Assembly: GCA_965224085.1 (NCBI GenBank)
Contig: CBDCYI010000005.1
Span: forward strand, 1,024,001-1,088,000
Source: Candidatus Marinacidobacterales bacterium
GTDB lineage: Bacteria > Acidobacteriota > Vicinamibacteria > Marinacidobacterales > SMYC01
Reading direction: 5' to 3'
Length of the DNA: 64,000 nt
The position numbers and the translations under genes are program-made. The stretch's first letter is position 1. The number at the start of each line of letters is the position of its first letter. This document shows positions 48,370 to 60,172 of the stretch, one piece after another. The notes under the pieces were generated by a model. It was not told the origin of the DNA. It searched no databases and saw only the letters and a list, made by a program, of their open reading frames with translations.

Positions 48370-49254
48370 ATGATTACCAAAGGCATCATCCTCGCCGGAG
48401 GCTCGGGGAGCCGTCTCTATCCCATGACGACGGTGGTCAGCAAACAGCTCCTCGCCGTCTACGACAAGCCCATGATCTATTTCCCGCTGAGCACACTGAT
48501 GCTCGCCGGGATTCGGGACTTCCTCGTCATCACGACCCCGCACGATCAGACTCTGTTCGAGAACTTGCTGGCAGACGGAAGCCAGCTAGGCATCCAGATC
48601 CGTTATGCCGTACAGCCGACGCCCGCAGGTTTGGCCCAAGCCTTCGTCATCGGCGCCGACTTCATCGACGGCCAAAGCGCCGCACTCATCCTCGGAGACA
48701 ACCTTTTTTACGGTCACGAGCTCACGCAGCACTTGCGCTTCGCGGCGGAGCGTGGCTCAGGGGCGACCGTCTTCGCCTATTGGGTTCGCGACCCGGAGCG
48801 CTACGGTGTCGTCACGTTCGATGCGGACGGCCAAGCCTTGAGCCTCGAAGAAAAACCCAAGAATCCCACGTCGAACTACGCCGTCACCGGTCTCTATTTC
48901 TACGACGAACGCGTGGTGGATTTTGCTTCGGGGCTGAAACCATCCGCGCGCGGGGAGCTCGAGATCACGGATTTGAATCAGCTTTATCTAGACGAAGGCG
49001 AGCTACATGTCGAGACTCTCGGCCGCGGTTACGCATGGCTCGATACCGGAACGAAGGAATCGCTCCTCCAGGCCGCAACGTTCATCGAGTCCATCGAACA
49101 GCGCCAGGGGCTCAAGATTTGTTGCCCAGAAGAAATCGCCTATCGCATGGGATTTATCGACGCCCAGGCGCTCCGTGAGCTCGGCGAGGCCCACGCCGAA
49201 AGCGAGTACGGACAATATCTCATCTCCGTTGTCGAACAGGACAGCTCGCGGTGA
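48370..49254 (+). CDS. rfbA: Glucose-1-phosphate thymidylyltransferase (RmlA)
   Basis: [39 protein letters not shown]. Confidence 0.97.
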   Translation: MITKGIILAGGSGSRLYPMTTVVSKQLLAVYDKPMIYFPLSTLMLAGIRDFLVITTPHDQTLFENLLADGSQLGIQIRYAVQPTPAGLAQAFVIGADFIDGQSAALILGDNLFYGHELTQHLRFAAERGSGATVFAYWVRDPERYGVVTFDADGQALSLEEKPKNPTSNYAVTGLYFYDERVVDFASGLKPSARGELEITDLNQLYLDEGELHVETLGRGYAWLDTGTKESLLQAATFIESIEQRQGLKICCPEEIAYRMGFIDAQALRELGEAHAESEYGQYLISVVEQDSSR

Positions 49255-49808
49255 AGGTCACGACGACGGCCCTACCAGAGGTTTTGCTCTTCGAGCCCAT
49301 ACGGTACGAGGACGCACGCGGGTTCTTCCTCGAGACATTTCGAGAAGGCCGATACCGCGACGCCGGTGTCGACGCGCGCTTCGTTCAGGACAATCTTTCC
49401 CACTCGAGGAAGCACGTGCTGCGTGGGCTGCACTTCCAAAGGCGCCAGGGAAAGCTCATCAGCGTCGTCCGGGGGGAGGTCTTCGATGTCGCGGTGGACA
49501 TTCGCCCCGACTCGGAGCGCTTCGGCCAATGGAACGGAAGCCAACTGAGCGCGAGCAACCATCGGCAGCTCTACGTTCCGCCAGGGTTTGCGCACGGATT
49601 TTACGTTCTATCCGACGAAGCGGACGTTTGGTACAAGACGACCGACATCTATCGGCCGGAGGAAGAAGGCGGTATTCTCTGGAACGACATGCAGCTCGCG
49701 ATCGATTGGCCTACTTCAAAACCACTGTTGTCCGATCGCGACGGTGAGAATCCCCGGCTCGATGAGCTCGACCACGCGGCGCTCATCACTTGCGCCGAGC
49801 TTGCTTGA
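49251..49808 (+). CDS. rfbC: dTDP-4-dehydrorhamnose 3,5-epimerase (RmlC)
   Basis: [33 protein letters not shown]. Confidence 0.96.
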   Translation: MKVTTTALPEVLLFEPIRYEDARGFFLETFREGRYRDAGVDARFVQDNLSHSRKHVLRGLHFQRRQGKLISVVRGEVFDVAVDIRPDSERFGQWNGSQLSASNHRQLYVPPGFAHGFYVLSDEADVWYKTTDIYRPEEEGGILWNDMQLAIDWPTSKPLLSDRDGENPRLDELDHAALITCAELA

Positions 49809-50017
49809 CGATCCGTCCGCGATGAACGCCGCGCGGATTCACCAAGATGCTCGTCAGGGGCCTCGTGGAGTTGAGTTTTTTGTTCGGGGGAAATGGCTAG
49901 TTGTCGTTGGGCACGAGCCGTTTTAGCTCTTCGGTGCAGTTGAGGACGACGTGATTTCAGTGTTCTTCAAAACCGCACATATGTGCGGCCACGTCACGCG
50001 AACGCTCGCGAACCCCC

Positions 50018-51544
50018 TTACTCCTCCACCCACCCGAGCGTTCGCTCAACGGCCTTCTCCCAGCCGCTATATAGACGCGCGCGCTCGTCATCCGCCATTT
50101 TCGGCGCCCACTCCTTGTCCACGGCCCAGTTATACCGAAGCTCGTCCTCGCTCTCCCAAAAACCCACAGCGAGCCCGGCGGCGTAGGCCGCCCCGAGCGA
50201 CGTCGTCTCGTTCACTTTGGGCCGCACGACCGGTACGTCGAGCATATCGGACTGAAACTGCATGAGGAACTCGTTCACGACCATGCCACCATCGACTTTG
50301 AGCGCAGTCAGCTCGACGTTCGAATCCTTGCGCATCGCGTCGAGGACATCTTTCGTTTGATAGGCCGTCGCCTCGAGGCTCGCGCGAGCGACGTGCTCCT
50401 TGCGGATGAATCGGGTCAGGCCCACCATGACACCGCGCGCATCGCTACGCCAATGCGGTGCGAAGAGGCCAGAAAAAGCCGGCACGAGATACATTCCGCC
50501 ATTGTCCTCCGCGTCCCGGGCGAGAGCCTCGACCTCGGGCGCGCTCGAGATGAGCTGAAGGTTATCGCGAAGCCACTGAACGAGAGCTCCCGCGATCGCG
50601 ACGGAGCCTTCGAGCGCGTAGACGGGCGCGTTGTCTCCTATCTGATACGCCACCGTGGTCAGGAGTCCCGAGCGCGACCCAACAATCTCCTCGCCCGTAT
50701 TCAGCAGCAAGAAACATCCCGTCCCGTAGGTATTCTTCGCCTCTCCGGGGGCGAAACAGGTCTGACCGTATAGCGCCGCTTGCTGATCCCCGAGGTCACC
50801 ACACACGGGCACCACTCCGCCAAACGGGCCATCGGTGCGCGTCGAACCATAGTGGCTCGGGTCTGAGGATGGCCGTATCTCCGGCAACATCGCTTCGGGG
50901 ATCTCCAGGATCGACAAGATCTCCGGATCCCAGTGCAGGGTCTCGAGGTTCATCAGCTGGGTGCGGCTCGCATTGGTGACATCGGTGACGTGCGCTCCGC
51001 CATCCGGACCACCCGTCAAGTTCCAGATGAGCCAAGTATCCATGTTGCCGAAAAGCACGTCGCCGCGCATTGCGGCCTCGCGTAGCCCATCGACCTCATC
51101 GAGCAGCCAGCGGATTTTGGGTCCCGAAAAATAGGTCGCCAGTGGCAGGCCGGTCTGCGCCCTGAACCGGTCTTGGCCTCCTTCCTCGGCAAGCTGACGG
51201 CAAAGCTTGCCCGTCCGCATGTCCTGCCACACGATGGCTGGGTGGCACGGCTTGCCGGTCTTCCGATCCCATACCACGGTGGTCTCGCGCTGGTTCGTGA
51301 TCCCCACCGCCGCCACGGTCTCCGGCGTTGCCCCCGCCTTCTCCAGGGCAAAGCGGACGACGTCTTGCGTTTTCCCCCAGATCTCGTCCGGATCGTGCTC
51401 CACCCAACCTGGCTCGGGATAAATCTGAGCGTGCTCGATTTGGTGGGAAGCAACCACTTCCCCGCTATGGTTCACGAGCAGGCACCGCGTGCTCGTCGTA
51501 CCCTGGTCCAGCGCCGCCACAACTTTTTCCACTTTATCCTCCAT
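50018..51544 (-). CDS. glpK: Glycerol kinase
   Basis: [45 protein letters not shown]. Confidence 0.97.
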   Translation of the reverse strand: MEDKVEKVVAALDQGTTSTRCLLVNHSGEVVASHQIEHAQIYPEPGWVEHDPDEIWGKTQDVVRFALEKAGATPETVAAVGITNQRETTVVWDRKTGKPCHPAIVWQDMRTGKLCRQLAEEGGQDRFRAQTGLPLATYFSGPKIRWLLDEVDGLREAAMRGDVLFGNMDTWLIWNLTGGPDGGAHVTDVTNASRTQLMNLETLHWDPEILSILEIPEAMLPEIRPSSDPSHYGSTRTDGPFGGVVPVCGDLGDQQAALYGQTCFAPGEAKNTYGTGCFLLLNTGEEIVGSRSGLLTTVAYQIGDNAPVYALEGSVAIAGALVQWLRDNLQLISSAPEVEALARDAEDNGGMYLVPAFSGLFAPHWRSDARGVMVGLTRFIRKEHVARASLEATAYQTKDVLDAMRKDSNVELTALKVDGGMVVNEFLMQFQSDMLDVPVVRPKVNETTSLGAAYAAGLAVGFWESEDELRYNWAVDKEWAPKMADDERARLYSGWEKAVERTLGWVEE

Positions 51545-51639
51545 AAAGCGTTATCTCACAATATTTTACCTAGATCAAGCCCTATGGCCACATACGAGCA
51601 GAAGCTAAAGTAAAATATTAGAATCTTGCATGAAAACCA

Positions 51640-51668
51640 TTGCAAAATAGCGATCTTTCGTGTATATT
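51640..51668 (+). promoter_or_regulatory. Sigma-70-type promoter for the 51749 lipoprotein gene
   Basis: TTGCAA-N17-TATATT in an AT-rich intergenic region. Confidence 0.5.
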
Positions 51669-51748
51669 CTTAGAACGAATGGGAGGGGTCGCACTTCACG
51701 CGGCTCAACCTTTCCCTAGAAGAACACCATCACACCAGGACGAGGTTC

Positions 51749-52858
51749 ATGAAGGGCCAGGACGGACCATCGAGATTCATTCTTCTAGCGTCGCTCCTGG
51801 CCCTCACTTTTTCCCCAACCGGGTGCAAGCTCGAGGACGCCCTACTTCCGACTGGCGATACGGGCGCCGATGCCGTCAGCGGGGGCAGCATCGTCGCCAA
51901 CGTCAACAGTGCTCTTGGCGTCACGGCGCCCATTATCGCGGATCCGCTCTCCGGGAGCACCGTTTCGAATCCGCAGCCTTCGCTCACCGTACTGAACTCC
52001 GCTCACGAAGGCGGGGCGGCCCCAACCTATCTTTACCAGGTCTCGACAGATTCGAACTTCGTGACGTTGATCGCGCAGTCGAACCAAATCGTCGAGAATG
52101 CGAGCGGCAGCACTACATGGACAGTGAACCGCGCCCTTCCCGATGGTACGTATTCCTGGCGCGTGCGAGCACGCTCGGGTGCCACGGACAGCGCGTTCTC
52201 GGTGACCGCTCAGTTCGACGTCAGCGGTGGTGGCGTCTCGAGCCCGGCGCCTTCGTCGCCCACCCCACCGCCTCCCGGACCGACACCGTCCGGCACTATC
52301 GTGGCGGACCCTCTGATCGGCGGAAGCACGGGCGAAGTTCACGGCGGAAGCTTCACCAATGGTGGCTGGCTCGTCAACGGGCCGGGGAACTTCATTCGCT
52401 ACGAGGTGCCTCCGATGGTCCGCGGTTGGGTCGAGTTCGAGACGAGCGGCCTCAGGCCCGAGAACCCCGAGCACAACCAGTTCATGCTCTTCGGAATGTG
52501 GGACCCCACGGCCGGACCGTTCCGGACGAATCCGTTCCGCGTCAATATACAAAAGCTCCACCCGAACCCGCACAACCCGCCCTATCTCCGGGTACGGTGG
52601 ATCGCGAACGGGGAACAGCACGACGACGGGACTGACTTTTTCGCCTGGGACGCGAGCCGGACTTATCGTTGGCGTCTCGAATGGGGGCCGGATGGCTCTT
52701 CAAATAGCGCCCGCCTGTTCCTCGACGGCGCATTGATGATCGAGATGGCCTATAGCCAGGCTTATCGCCCGAATGTTCACTTCATCGAACTCGGGATCGG
52801 CGAGCGCGGTGAATCCATTGTCGGCGTGAAGTATTCGAATTTAGTGATTGGAAACTGA
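51749..52858 (+). CDS. Lipoprotein: Ig/FN3-like domain, Pro-rich linker, beta-sandwich C-terminal domain
   Basis: Lipobox PTGC, YLYQVSTDSNF..YSWRVRA, PSSPTPPPPGP linker, aromatic beta-rich C-terminus. Confidence 0.7.
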   Translation: MKGQDGPSRFILLASLLALTFSPTGCKLEDALLPTGDTGADAVSGGSIVANVNSALGVTAPIIADPLSGSTVSNPQPSLTVLNSAHEGGAAPTYLYQVSTDSNFVTLIAQSNQIVENASGSTTWTVNRALPDGTYSWRVRARSGATDSAFSVTAQFDVSGGGVSSPAPSSPTPPPPGPTPSGTIVADPLIGGSTGEVHGGSFTNGGWLVNGPGNFIRYEVPPMVRGWVEFETSGLRPENPEHNQFMLFGMWDPTAGPFRTNPFRVNIQKLHPNPHNPPYLRVRWIANGEQHDDGTDFFAWDASRTYRWRLEWGPDGSSNSARLFLDGALMIEMAYSQAYRPNVHFIELGIGERGESIVGVKYSNLVIGN

Positions 52859-52863
52859 GAGCC

Positions 52864-52941
52864 TCGGGACCGAGACGACCCCCTCGGCCCGAATAGCCTC
52901 CCCTGAAGTCTTGTCCTTCTCACCGAGACTTCAGGGGAGGC
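52864..52941. terminator. Two adjacent stem-loops after the lipoprotein gene (terminator or REP-like)
   Basis: TCGGGACCGAG/CTCGGCCCGA and a perfect 16-bp IR GCCTCCCCTGAAGTCT (52896-52911) / AGACTTCAGGGGAGGC (52926-52941). No adjacent U-tract. Confidence 0.5.
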
Positions 52942-53082
52942 CCCCTCCTGTACGCGCCGGTGCTGCCAGCTCCCAGCTTTTTTGCATTATCCCAAAAGCT
53001 CTCCGCGCCCCGCTCTCGCTAGGGCTTTCGACGGCTGATATACTGAAACACCGGCCGGGACTTCCGAGCGTCGGTTGTCATC

Positions 53083-54579
53083 ATGAGCAGTACGAGCCTC
53101 GCCAGCGACCCACAAAAACCCGGGGACGAGCACCAAAGCCTCATCGTGCTCGTGGATGACGACCGCAATCTGTGCGATCTCGTGGAGCGCTTTCTCGAGC
53201 GTGCGGGCCATCGTGTCCAAATCTTTCATGACGGCGAGAGCTTCCTCGCCGCACTCGGCGCCATGATGCCGGACGCCATCTGCCTCGACTTGAGCATGCC
53301 CGGGATTGGCGGCCTCAAGACGCTCGAGCTCATCAAAGATCGTCAGGAGCAGCTTCCTGTCATTATTCTCACCGCCGACCATGCCGTCGCGAGCGTCGTA
53401 AGCGCGATGCAGGGCGGGGCCTACGACTACATCGTCAAGCCCACCGATCGCACCAAGCTCATCACGACCGTCGGCAACGCCGTCAATCACTACCGCATGT
53501 CGATGCGGCTGCGTCAGCTCGAACGTGAGGTCGAAGGCGAAGGCTACGCCAATATCGTCGGAGAGTCTCGACCGATGAAAGAGCTGTACCGGCAGATGGA
53601 CCGCGTGGCTGCGAGCGACATCACCATCCTGGTCCATGGCGAGAGCGGCACCGGTAAAGAGCTCGTGGCGCAGGCCATCTACGAGGCCAGTGGACGCCGC
53701 TCCGGTCCTTTCATCGCCCTGAACTGCGCGGCGATCCCGGAGACGTTGCAAGAATCGGAGATCTTCGGTCACGAAAAAGGCGCTTTTACCGGAGCGGTGA
53801 GCCGCCACATCGGCAAGTTCGAGCAAGCGGATTCGGGATGTCTCTTTATGGACGAAGTCGCGGAGCTCAGCTTGACGCTTCAAGCCAAGCTTCTGCGCGC
53901 GATTCAAGAAAGGCGCTTTCATCGGGTTGGGGGATCCACGCAAGTAAAGTCCGACTTTCGGCTCATCGCCGCAACGCATCGCAACTTGCTCGACGAAGTC
54001 AAAAAGGGACGTTTTCGCGAAGACCTCTACTTCCGCATCGCCGTGTTCGAGCTCGAAGTGCCTCCGCTACGGGAACGCGGTGATGACGTGACACTTCTCG
54101 CGGAGCGCTTTCTTGATCGCTATAAGCCAAAGCGTAAAGGCGGCAAAGCCGTAGCGCGTCCAAAATTTTCGCCGGCGGTGATCGGTCACTTGAACACCTA
54201 CAACTGGCCGGGCAACGTTCGCGAGCTCGAGAACATCATGCAGCGGTGCCTCCTCATCGCGAAAAACAACGTCATCCAGCCTGACGATCTGCCGCCACGC
54301 CTCCGGATGGGCTCGACCCAGATGGGGGCGCCCGAGGAGGCGCCAGCGCTCGACGACGCGACGCGTGCGGCGACGGTGACGGCAACCCTATCGCCCACTG
54401 CCACAAAAGCGCCGAGCGCGCCCCGATTCGAGACGCTCGATTTGAAGGCGCTCGAGCGACGGGCCATCGAGCAAGCCCTCGTAGAAGCGAACGGCAATCT
54501 GTCTCAAGTAGTGAGGCTACTCGGTATCGGGCGCACCACGCTTTATCGCAAGCTCAAATCGCACAAGTTGCGCGAATAG
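53083..54579 (+). CDS. Sigma-54-dependent response regulator (NtrC family: REC-AAA-Fis HTH)
   Basis: VDDD..LDLSMP, GESGTGKE, GAFTGA, FREDLYFR, WPGNVRELEN, IGRTTLYRKL. Confidence 0.96.
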   Translation: MSSTSLASDPQKPGDEHQSLIVLVDDDRNLCDLVERFLERAGHRVQIFHDGESFLAALGAMMPDAICLDLSMPGIGGLKTLELIKDRQEQLPVIILTADHAVASVVSAMQGGAYDYIVKPTDRTKLITTVGNAVNHYRMSMRLRQLEREVEGEGYANIVGESRPMKELYRQMDRVAASDITILVHGESGTGKELVAQAIYEASGRRSGPFIALNCAAIPETLQESEIFGHEKGAFTGAVSRHIGKFEQADSGCLFMDEVAELSLTLQAKLLRAIQERRFHRVGGSTQVKSDFRLIAATHRNLLDEVKKGRFREDLYFRIAVFELEVPPLRERGDDVTLLAERFLDRYKPKRKGGKAVARPKFSPAVIGHLNTYNWPGNVRELENIMQRCLLIAKNNVIQPDDLPPRLRMGSTQMGAPEEAPALDDATRAATVTATLSPTATKAPSAPRFETLDLKALERRAIEQALVEANGNLSQVVRLLGIGRTTLYRKLKSHKLRE

Positions 54580-54599
54580 GTCGTCCGCGCCGCAGGACC

Positions 54600-57500
54600 A
54601 TGAACGAGCCGTCACCTGCACTGAGCGAGAACGAGCTGCGCGCGCGAATCCGCGAGCTCGAGGGTGCACTCGCCGCCCTCACGCAAAACCCGTCCCGAAC
54701 CGTCGATCTCCGCGCGGACGTCGCGCGAGCGCTCGTCGAAGGCGAGCGCCGCTACCGTCAGCTCATGGAGCATAGCGGCGCCTTCATCTGCACCCACGAT
54801 ATGAACGGCGTGCTGCTCACGGTGAACCGCGCTGCCGCGGGTCGGCTCGGATACACGCCGCAGGCGATGGTGGGGCGCAGTATCGAGGAGTTCATCGACC
54901 CGGACCAATACGAACGTTTCCACGCTTACTTGCGCAAGGCCTTGTCCGTGGCAACGGTGAGCGGCATCTTTACGGTCCGCTGCAGCGACGGCGAGCGCCG
55001 CAACTGGGCCTATCACAGCGCGCGTTTCCAAGAGCCCGGCCAGGAGACTTGTGTGCTCGGCCACGCTCAAGACATCACGGAGATGAAAAGGCTCGAAGAG
55101 ACGCTCCGGCTCACGCAGTTCTCCGTCGACAAAGCCGCCGATGCGGTTTTCTGGATTGCCTCTGATGGGCAGCTTCGTTACGTGAATGATGCGGCTTGCG
55201 ACTATCTCGGCTATAGCCGCGACGAACTGCTCGCGGCCTCGATCGAAGAGATCGACATCACGCTCGAGCCCGCAGACTGGCCCGCGCACTGGGAGCAAGT
55301 TAAAGAGCTCGAGCGCTTCACCACCGAAACGATCTACCGTACCAAGGACGGGGGCAGTTTCCCTGTCGAAGTCACGGTCAATTTTTTGCAATATCGCGGG
55401 CAGGAATATCACTGCGTCTTCGCGCGCGAGATCTCCGAGCGGAAGGAAGTCGAAGACGCCATCATCGCGACGACCGCAAGACTCGAAGGACTCATCGAGA
55501 ACCTGCAATCGGGGATTCTTTTCGAAGACGACGGACGGAACGTCGTCATGGCCAATCAAACGCTTTGTCAGATGCTCGATATCCCCGTTCCGCCAACGGC
55601 TCTGGCCGGCGCCGATTCCCGGACCATTCTCGAGCAATGCAAGAGCCTGTTTCCGGAGCCCAAGCAGTTCGTTGAACGCATAGACAACATTTTGACGGCG
55701 CATAGCCTGATCCGAAACGAAGAACTCACGCTTCGCGACGGCCGCGTCTTTGCGCGTGACTTCATCCCCATCATCACACAGAACTACCGGGCGCACCTCT
55801 GGCAATATCGCGACGTCACCGAGCGCAAGCGCGCCGAAGCCGAGATCGTGCGCGCCAAAGAAGAAGCCGAGCAAGCGAACGCGGCCAAGAGCAGCTTCCT
55901 CGCGATGATGAGCCACGAGCTCCGCACGCCGCTCAACGCGATCCTCGGCATGACGGAGCTGTCTCTCGATACCCATTTGAACCGCGAACAGAGCGCCTTC
56001 TTGCACACGATCCAGACGAACTCGGAGAATCTGCTGAGGCTCATCGATGACGTGTTGGATCTTTCGAAAATCGAAGCCAACCGGATGGACCTCGAGCACA
56101 TCCCTTTCGATCCACGCGAGCTGCTAGAGGAGGTGGCGGAGTCGGTCAACGTCCGCGCCGCGACGAAAGACGTCGAGCTCTTGATCGATATCGACCCTCA
56201 CCTCCCCTCCGAGATCGTCGGCGACCCCAAGCGCGTGCGCCAGGTGCTCGCCAATCTCGCCGGGAATGCGGTGAAGTTTACAGAGAAAGGATCGGTTCAG
56301 CTCTCGGTAGAGGTCGAGGACTGGACACCGGGCGACCGCGTCGACCTTGCTTTCGTCGTCGCCGATACCGGCATCGGTATCGCGAAAGACAAACAGGACC
56401 AATTGTTCTCGAGGTTCTATCAAGCGGAGAGCTCGACCACGCGGCGCTTCGGCGGCACCGGCCTCGGTCTCAACATCTCCCAAACCCTCGTCGAGCTCAT
56501 GGGTGGGCGTATCGAGTTCGAGAGTGAACCTGGCCAAGGCAGTACGTTTCGCATCAACGTCACGACCGAAGCGCCGGCGGATACGGAACCGAACTCGGCC
56601 CGGCACCGCTCGCAGCTCGCCGAGGCTCGCGGCAGAGTTCTGCTTTGTGTGGAACAAGAGACGCAGCGCCGGATCCTCGCGCGTCTGTTCATTGCCTGGG
56701 GGCTCGAGGTTTCTCTCGTGAATGCACTCGACGAGCTCCAAGCGGGGCTCGAGGGAGACAACGTGAAACCCACGCTCGTCGTGCTCGAGCACCGACCGGA
56801 GAAGATGGATCTCACAACGCTCGGCGCGATCCGAAAGCCGCCCGAGCGAGAGCTCCTCCTCCTGACGTCGATCGGGGCCAGCACTTCGACGGTGTTGACC
56901 GAGACCTGTCCGCACCTCCTCACGAAGCCGGTCAATCAAAAAAGACTCGCCGATGCACTCGGACGCGCCTTCGGACTGCGAAGTCATGCGCCGCCGGTCA
57001 GGGTCGAGCCGGCTCCGGCGCCGACACCGCCCGCGGAAAGCGAGCCGTTTCGGGTCCTTCTCGTCGAGGACAATTTAGACAACCGGCGGCTCGCCGAACG
57101 CGTTCTTCACGATGCCGGCGCTCTTGTCGATACCGCGGAAAACGGCAGCGATGCGGTCGAGATGGCAGGACACATACTTTACGACCTCATCGTGATGGAC
57201 TTGATGATGCCGGTAATGGATGGGTTCGAGGCCGCGACCAAGATTCGAGAAAACGAGGCCGCGCCGAATCGAGTGCCGATCGTGGCATTGACGGCGCACG
57301 CCACAGAAGGCTATCGCGCGCGCTGTTTGGCAGCCGGCATGGACGACTACATGTCGAAGCCTTTCAAGAAAGAGCGCTTTCTTGCGGTCTTGGATCAATG
57401 GGTGGACCGCCGCCCCATCATCCTCATCGCCGACGATGCCCGCGAGAGCCGTCTCATCGTCAAACGCTTCCTGATGCTGAGCGGCGACTACCGTCTCTTG

Positions 57501-58127
57501 ATCGGGAAAAACGGCCAGGAAGCGCTCGAGCTCATGACCCGCCGACGTGTCGCCCTCGTGCTGTTGGATATGGAGATGCCGGTCCTCGACGGCTTCGAAG
57601 CCGCCCCTCGCATTCGCGCTCTTCCCGGGCGCGATCACATCCCTATCGTTGCCATGACGGCTCACCATGACCCTGCGGAGCTCGCCCGCTGCATCGACGC
57701 AGGCTGCACAACAGTGATTCAAAAGCCGCTCGATCGCGGCAAGCTGGCGGCGCTCGTCTCCCGGCTCGTGAAGCCTCGGAGTGACACCGAGCTCGAGCGC
57801 GTGTTCGAGCCCGCGTCCGAAAACGCCCCTCCCGGCGTCGTCGTCATCGATCCCGACATCCAGGATCTCGTGCCGCGATTTCTCGAGAACCAGCTCGCAA
57901 GAGCCAAGCTCGTGGTCGACTTGACCGGAAGCGGAGATTTCGAGACGGTCCGCCGCATCGGCCATAACATGAAAGGCACCGGCAAGGGCTACGGTTTCGA
58001 GGTCATCAGCTCCTTCGGCGAGTCTCTGGAACGAGCCGCGACCCGCTCGGCACGTGCGGAGGTCACCCGCATCGCTAAGGAGCTCGAAGAGTACCTCGCA
58101 GAAGTGAGGTGGCAGGCTCGTAGCTAG
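54600..58127 (+). CDS. Cytoplasmic hybrid histidine kinase (3xPAS-HisKA-HATPase-pseudoREC-REC-REC-Hpt)
   Basis: SHELRTPLN, NAVKFT, DTGIGI, GGTGLGL, VMDLMMP, LLDMEMP, IGHNMKG. No TM segments. Confidence 0.93.
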   Translation: MNEPSPALSENELRARIRELEGALAALTQNPSRTVDLRADVARALVEGERRYRQLMEHSGAFICTHDMNGVLLTVNRAAAGRLGYTPQAMVGRSIEEFIDPDQYERFHAYLRKALSVATVSGIFTVRCSDGERRNWAYHSARFQEPGQETCVLGHAQDITEMKRLEETLRLTQFSVDKAADAVFWIASDGQLRYVNDAACDYLGYSRDELLAASIEEIDITLEPADWPAHWEQVKELERFTTETIYRTKDGGSFPVEVTVNFLQYRGQEYHCVFAREISERKEVEDAIIATTARLEGLIENLQSGILFEDDGRNVVMANQTLCQMLDIPVPPTALAGADSRTILEQCKSLFPEPKQFVERIDNILTAHSLIRNEELTLRDGRVFARDFIPIITQNYRAHLWQYRDVTERKRAEAEIVRAKEEAEQANAAKSSFLAMMSHELRTPLNAILGMTELSLDTHLNREQSAFLHTIQTNSENLLRLIDDVLDLSKIEANRMDLEHIPFDPRELLEEVAESVNVRAATKDVELLIDIDPHLPSEIVGDPKRVRQVLANLAGNAVKFTEKGSVQLSVEVEDWTPGDRVDLAFVVADTGIGIAKDKQDQLFSRFYQAESSTTRRFGGTGLGLNISQTLVELMGGRIEFESEPGQGSTFRINVTTEAPADTEPNSARHRSQLAEARGRVLLCVEQETQRRILARLFIAWGLEVSLVNALDELQAGLEGDNVKPTLVVLEHRPEKMDLTTLGAIRKPPERELLLLTSIGASTSTVLTETCPHLLTKPVNQKRLADALGRAFGLRSHAPPVRVEPAPAPTPPAESEPFRVLLVEDNLDNRRLAERVLHDAGALVDTAENGSDAVEMAGHILYDLIVMDLMMPVMDGFEAATKIRENEAAPNRVPIVALTAHATEGYRARCLAAGMDDYMSKPFKKERFLAVLDQWVDRRPIILIADDARESRLIVKRFLMLSGDYRLLIGKNGQEALELMTRRRVALVLLDMEMPVLDGFEAAPRIRALPGRDHIPIVAMTAHHDPAELARCIDAGCTTVIQKPLDRGKLAALVSRLVKPRSDTELERVFEPASENAPPGVVVIDPDIQDLVPRFLENQLARAKLVVDLTGSGDFETVRRIGHNMKGTGKGYGFEVISSFGESLERAATRSARAEVTRIAKELEEYLAEVRWQARS

Positions 58128-58320
58128 TCGCTCGAAAAGATCCGAAAAAACAAAGGGATCAAGAATAAGAAAAGATAAACGCCAAGATGCAAAGGCCCAA
58201 GACGCAGAGGATACGCGGTTCGATTCCCCAAGAGGAATCTCGCGTCTTTGTGCCCTGACGATTCATAGCCGCGATGGATGAAGTGCAAGGAAACGCCGCA
58301 ACGAAACGTATTCGAGAATC

Positions 58321-60156
58321 GTGGACAGACAAGAAAACGACAATCTGAAGGCGCTCCTGCGGAAAGTCTTCGGCTATGCGAGCTATCGCGGCCAGCAGCA
58401 GCGGATCATCGAGCACGTTGTCGCTGGCAATTCCGCACTAGTGCTCATGCCCACGGGCGGCGGAAAGAGCCTCTGTTACCAAATCCCTGCACTCGTGCGG
58501 GACGGCGTCGCCATCGTCGTCTCGCCGCTGATAGCTCTCATGCAGGATCAAGTCGCGTCGCTCCATCAGGTCGGTCTGCGAGCTGCGTTCATCAATTCGA
58601 CGCTTCCCTATGAGACGGCGCGCGAGCGCGAATCCAGCATGGTCGCCGGACGTTTCGATCTCATCTATGTCGCACCCGAGCGGCTCACGACCGAACCGTT
58701 TCTCGAGCGCCTCGATCAGACGAAGCTCGCTCTTTTCGCGATCGACGAGGCCCACTGCGTGAGCCAATGGGGCCACGACTTTCGTCCGGAATATCGGCAA
58801 CTCGACATCCTCGAGTCGCGCTACCCCTCGGTCCCACGGATCGCACTCACCGCGACGGCCGACGCACCCACGAGGGGCGAGATCCAGACTCATCTCTCGA
58901 TTCCCAAGTCGGGCGTCTTTATCTCGGGGTTCGACCGGCCCAACATTCGCTATGAGATCGTCGCGAAGGCCAGCGCCCGCCAGCAGCTACTTCGTTTCAT
59001 CCGCTCGCGCCACAGCGGCGAAAGCGGCATCGTCTATTGCATGAGCCGCAAGAAAGTGGACGACACCGCGGCGTGGTTGAGGACACAGAGCGTCGAGGCC
59101 CTTCCCTATCACGCCGGGCTGGACAAGCGGGTCCGCAGCGCTCATCAGGAGCGCTTCATCAAGGAAGAGCGTCTTGTCATCGTGGCGACCATCGCTTTCG
59201 GCATGGGAATCGACAAGCCCGACGTGCGCTTCGTCGCCCATCTCGATCTTCCGAAAAGCTTGGAGGCCTATTACCAGGAGACGGGCCGCGCCGGACGTGA
59301 CGGCCTGCCGTCCGATGCCTGGCTCACCTACGGTTATGGCGACGCCGTCTTGATTCGTCAACTCGTGGAGCGCTCCGACGCCCCGATCGAGCGCAAGCGG
59401 CTCGAGCACCGCAAGTTGAATGCTCTTTTGGGATTTTGCGAGAGCGCCGAGTGTCGTCGGGCGGTGATGCTACATTATTTTGGCGAAACCGGAAGTGAGC
59501 GCTGCGGGAACTGCGATACGTGCTCGAATCCTGTCGAGACCTATGACGGCACTACAGAAGCTCGAAAAGCTCTTTCGAATGTCTACCGCACCGGCCAGCG
59601 CTTCGGCGCCGCCTACCTCGCGGACGTTTTGTTGGGAGCGGCCGACGGCCGCGTTCGCCAAAACCGTCACGAGCAAATCTCGACCTTCGGCATCGGCGCC
59701 GAACGGGATCGCAACAGCTGGCTCAGCGTCTATCGGCAGCTCGTTGCCGCGGGCCGTCTCGACGTGGACCCGGACCACGGCGGCCTTTCGCTTTCGAAAA
59801 CGGCGTGGCCGCTTCTCAAAGGACAAGAGACGATCCGGCTACGACGCGACCCCAAAGCCGTCCGAAGCGGAGGCAAGGCGAAAGCCGGCGGCGGACGGTC
59901 CGTGGAACTGGTGCTGAGCTCGGAAAATGAGCGAGAGCTCTTCGACCTGTTGCGCGCGAAACGGCTCGAGCTTGCACGCGCCCAGAGCGTCCCACCCTAT
60001 GTCATCTTCCATGACCGCACGCTCGTCGAGATGGCTAAAGAACGGCCACGAACCCAAGAGGCGATGGCCTCCATTGTTGGTGTCGGCGAAGCGAAGCTCG
60101 CGAAATACGGCGACACGTTCTTGAAGCTGCTTCACCGGGAGCCAGACGCGCCGTAG
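58321..60156 (+). CDS. recQ: ATP-dependent DNA helicase RecQ
   Basis: [48 protein letters not shown] (VPPYVIFHD). Confidence 0.97.
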   Translation: MDRQENDNLKALLRKVFGYASYRGQQQRIIEHVVAGNSALVLMPTGGGKSLCYQIPALVRDGVAIVVSPLIALMQDQVASLHQVGLRAAFINSTLPYETARERESSMVAGRFDLIYVAPERLTTEPFLERLDQTKLALFAIDEAHCVSQWGHDFRPEYRQLDILESRYPSVPRIALTATADAPTRGEIQTHLSIPKSGVFISGFDRPNIRYEIVAKASARQQLLRFIRSRHSGESGIVYCMSRKKVDDTAAWLRTQSVEALPYHAGLDKRVRSAHQERFIKEERLVIVATIAFGMGIDKPDVRFVAHLDLPKSLEAYYQETGRAGRDGLPSDAWLTYGYGDAVLIRQLVERSDAPIERKRLEHRKLNALLGFCESAECRRAVMLHYFGETGSERCGNCDTCSNPVETYDGTTEARKALSNVYRTGQRFGAAYLADVLLGAADGRVRQNRHEQISTFGIGAERDRNSWLSVYRQLVAAGRLDVDPDHGGLSLSKTAWPLLKGQETIRLRRDPKAVRSGGKAKAGGGRSVELVLSSENERELFDLLRAKRLELARAQSVPPYVIFHDRTLVEMAKERPRTQEAMASIVGVGEAKLAKYGDTFLKLLHREPDAP

Positions 60157-60172
60157 CCTTGGCGTAGGCAGA

